From positions 434,001 through 498,000 of the forward strand of contig NW_025767489.1 in assembly GCF_003918875.1 (NCBI RefSeq): a DNA stretch of 64,000 nucleotides, in the 5' to 3' direction. Of the stretch, positions 63,011-64,000 are shown in pieces. This DNA is from Haliotis rubra. Lineage: Eukaryota. Within the stretch, counting starts at the first letter, position 1. Every line of letters starts with the position of its first letter. Below the pieces are notes generated by a model. That model saw only the letters and a program-made list of their open reading frames with translations. It had not been told where the DNA came from and ran no database searches. A program made the translations under genes and the position numbers.

Positions 63011-64000
63011 CAGTGACAGAAACGAGGGAAGTAGTCAAATGTAAACGAAGAAAAGCAGGTGTGGTAACCTGTGTAGGTAAACGTCCAAATGTTCGCGAAA
63101 TGAGCTGGCCATTTGACTTCATGAAAGATGACAAACAAAACAAAAACCCCCAAAACAATTTAGGGCTAAATGCATGAGAAGGTGTTAGTTGTGACTGGAG
63201 TGCTTGGGATGGTCATGAATTGGCTGGGGCAGCAGAGTAAGGGGACACCCATAGGGTATGTCGACTAAACCTAACACAACGACTACCTATCTGTAATGAA
63301 CCACAACATCAAGCCAACAGAAGGAAACACAATTACTCATGATCCATGAAACCAGAAGCCTAAACGCAGAGAGAACAAACCATAACCATAACCTGTTGAA
63401 CAACACAACACCTATTTATGACATTAACGTAGTTGTTGGTCTATTTCACATGAATGGCTAAATGCACTTTATTTTGGTTTACTGCATGGAACTCAAACAT
63501 TCATATAGGTTGGGTATTCCCCATTCACGCACACAATCACCGAGGTTGAGGTATAAACCCCCACCAAATAACAGCTACGTTTATGGAAATCAGTACTGAA
63601 GTGTATGAGCGCTCATTCTAAGTATTCACAACACATGTATGCAACAAGATCTAAATTGGTTAAGAAATATTGTGCACGCAGGCACAACCCGGGTACATGA
63701 TATTCAGAAAATGTACAAGCAAAAATTCCAGAGCATGTTCAAACATTGACTTGCATTAAATAATGAACATGTGTACATGAATTCCGTGTTCAAATAATGG
63801 TTCCTTGAACCGCCGTTTGCAAACGTTGCTATATAACATCAGCACAGATCTGTACATACAGTGTATAATATGTGTAGTTCAACCTCTCACAATCAAGTGT
63901 CTCTATATCTGCAGGTAACAAGATACAAGTTGTATATATCACAGGACAAAAACGCACCTCGCGTCACGTTGTTACCGTTGATCACGTCATGGTTCCGCAG

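Larger units (their letters stand above)
56205..64000 (-). mobile_element. Decayed Ty3/Gypsy LTR retrotransposon, extending beyond the window
   Basis: Minus-strand order gag-PR-RT-RH-IN: CCHC knuckle (CFR..KQPGHLQYGC), VDTGS protease, RT (RMPFGLCNSPATYQR, YLEDIIVFS), RNase H (HTDASTCGLGAVLYQ), integrase (H..GH, C..C, DFL, DHFT, SDQG, NGMVERFN); many frameshifts. Confidence 0.93.

Overview
Eukaryotic, AT-rich, repeat-rich genomic DNA. It is most likely molluscan, probably a gastropod such as abalone; this is inferred from the MCD(D/E)-type actins with one phase-0 intron at codon 41/42 and from the SINE types. The window holds a cluster of eight actin loci, labelled A-H from left to right. A, B, C (minus) and E (plus) are intact canonical 376-aa actins. 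D and H are pseudogenes. F and G are intact but strongly remodelled. F (30376-32329, 367 aa) has lost most of the D-loop and has changes at residues 59-68, 91-99, 175-183 and 201-207, mainly the pointed-end face. G (37951-40243, 376 aa) keeps the D-loop but has a rewritten hydrophobic cleft and C-terminus (Y143L, Y169F, 348-355, RKCF to SKVD), the barbed-end face. This complementary pair is the best candidate for an undescribed system: actin-derived end caps, or toxin-insensitive or decoy actins. That function is inferred, not shown. The remainder is tRNA-derived SINEs, a dead Tc1 element with a nested insertion, MITE-like inverted repeats, several minisatellites, a 7.5-kb higher-order satellite, a decayed Ty3/Gypsy element running off the right end, and three N gaps. 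Actin residue numbers follow mature alpha-skeletal actin numbering.
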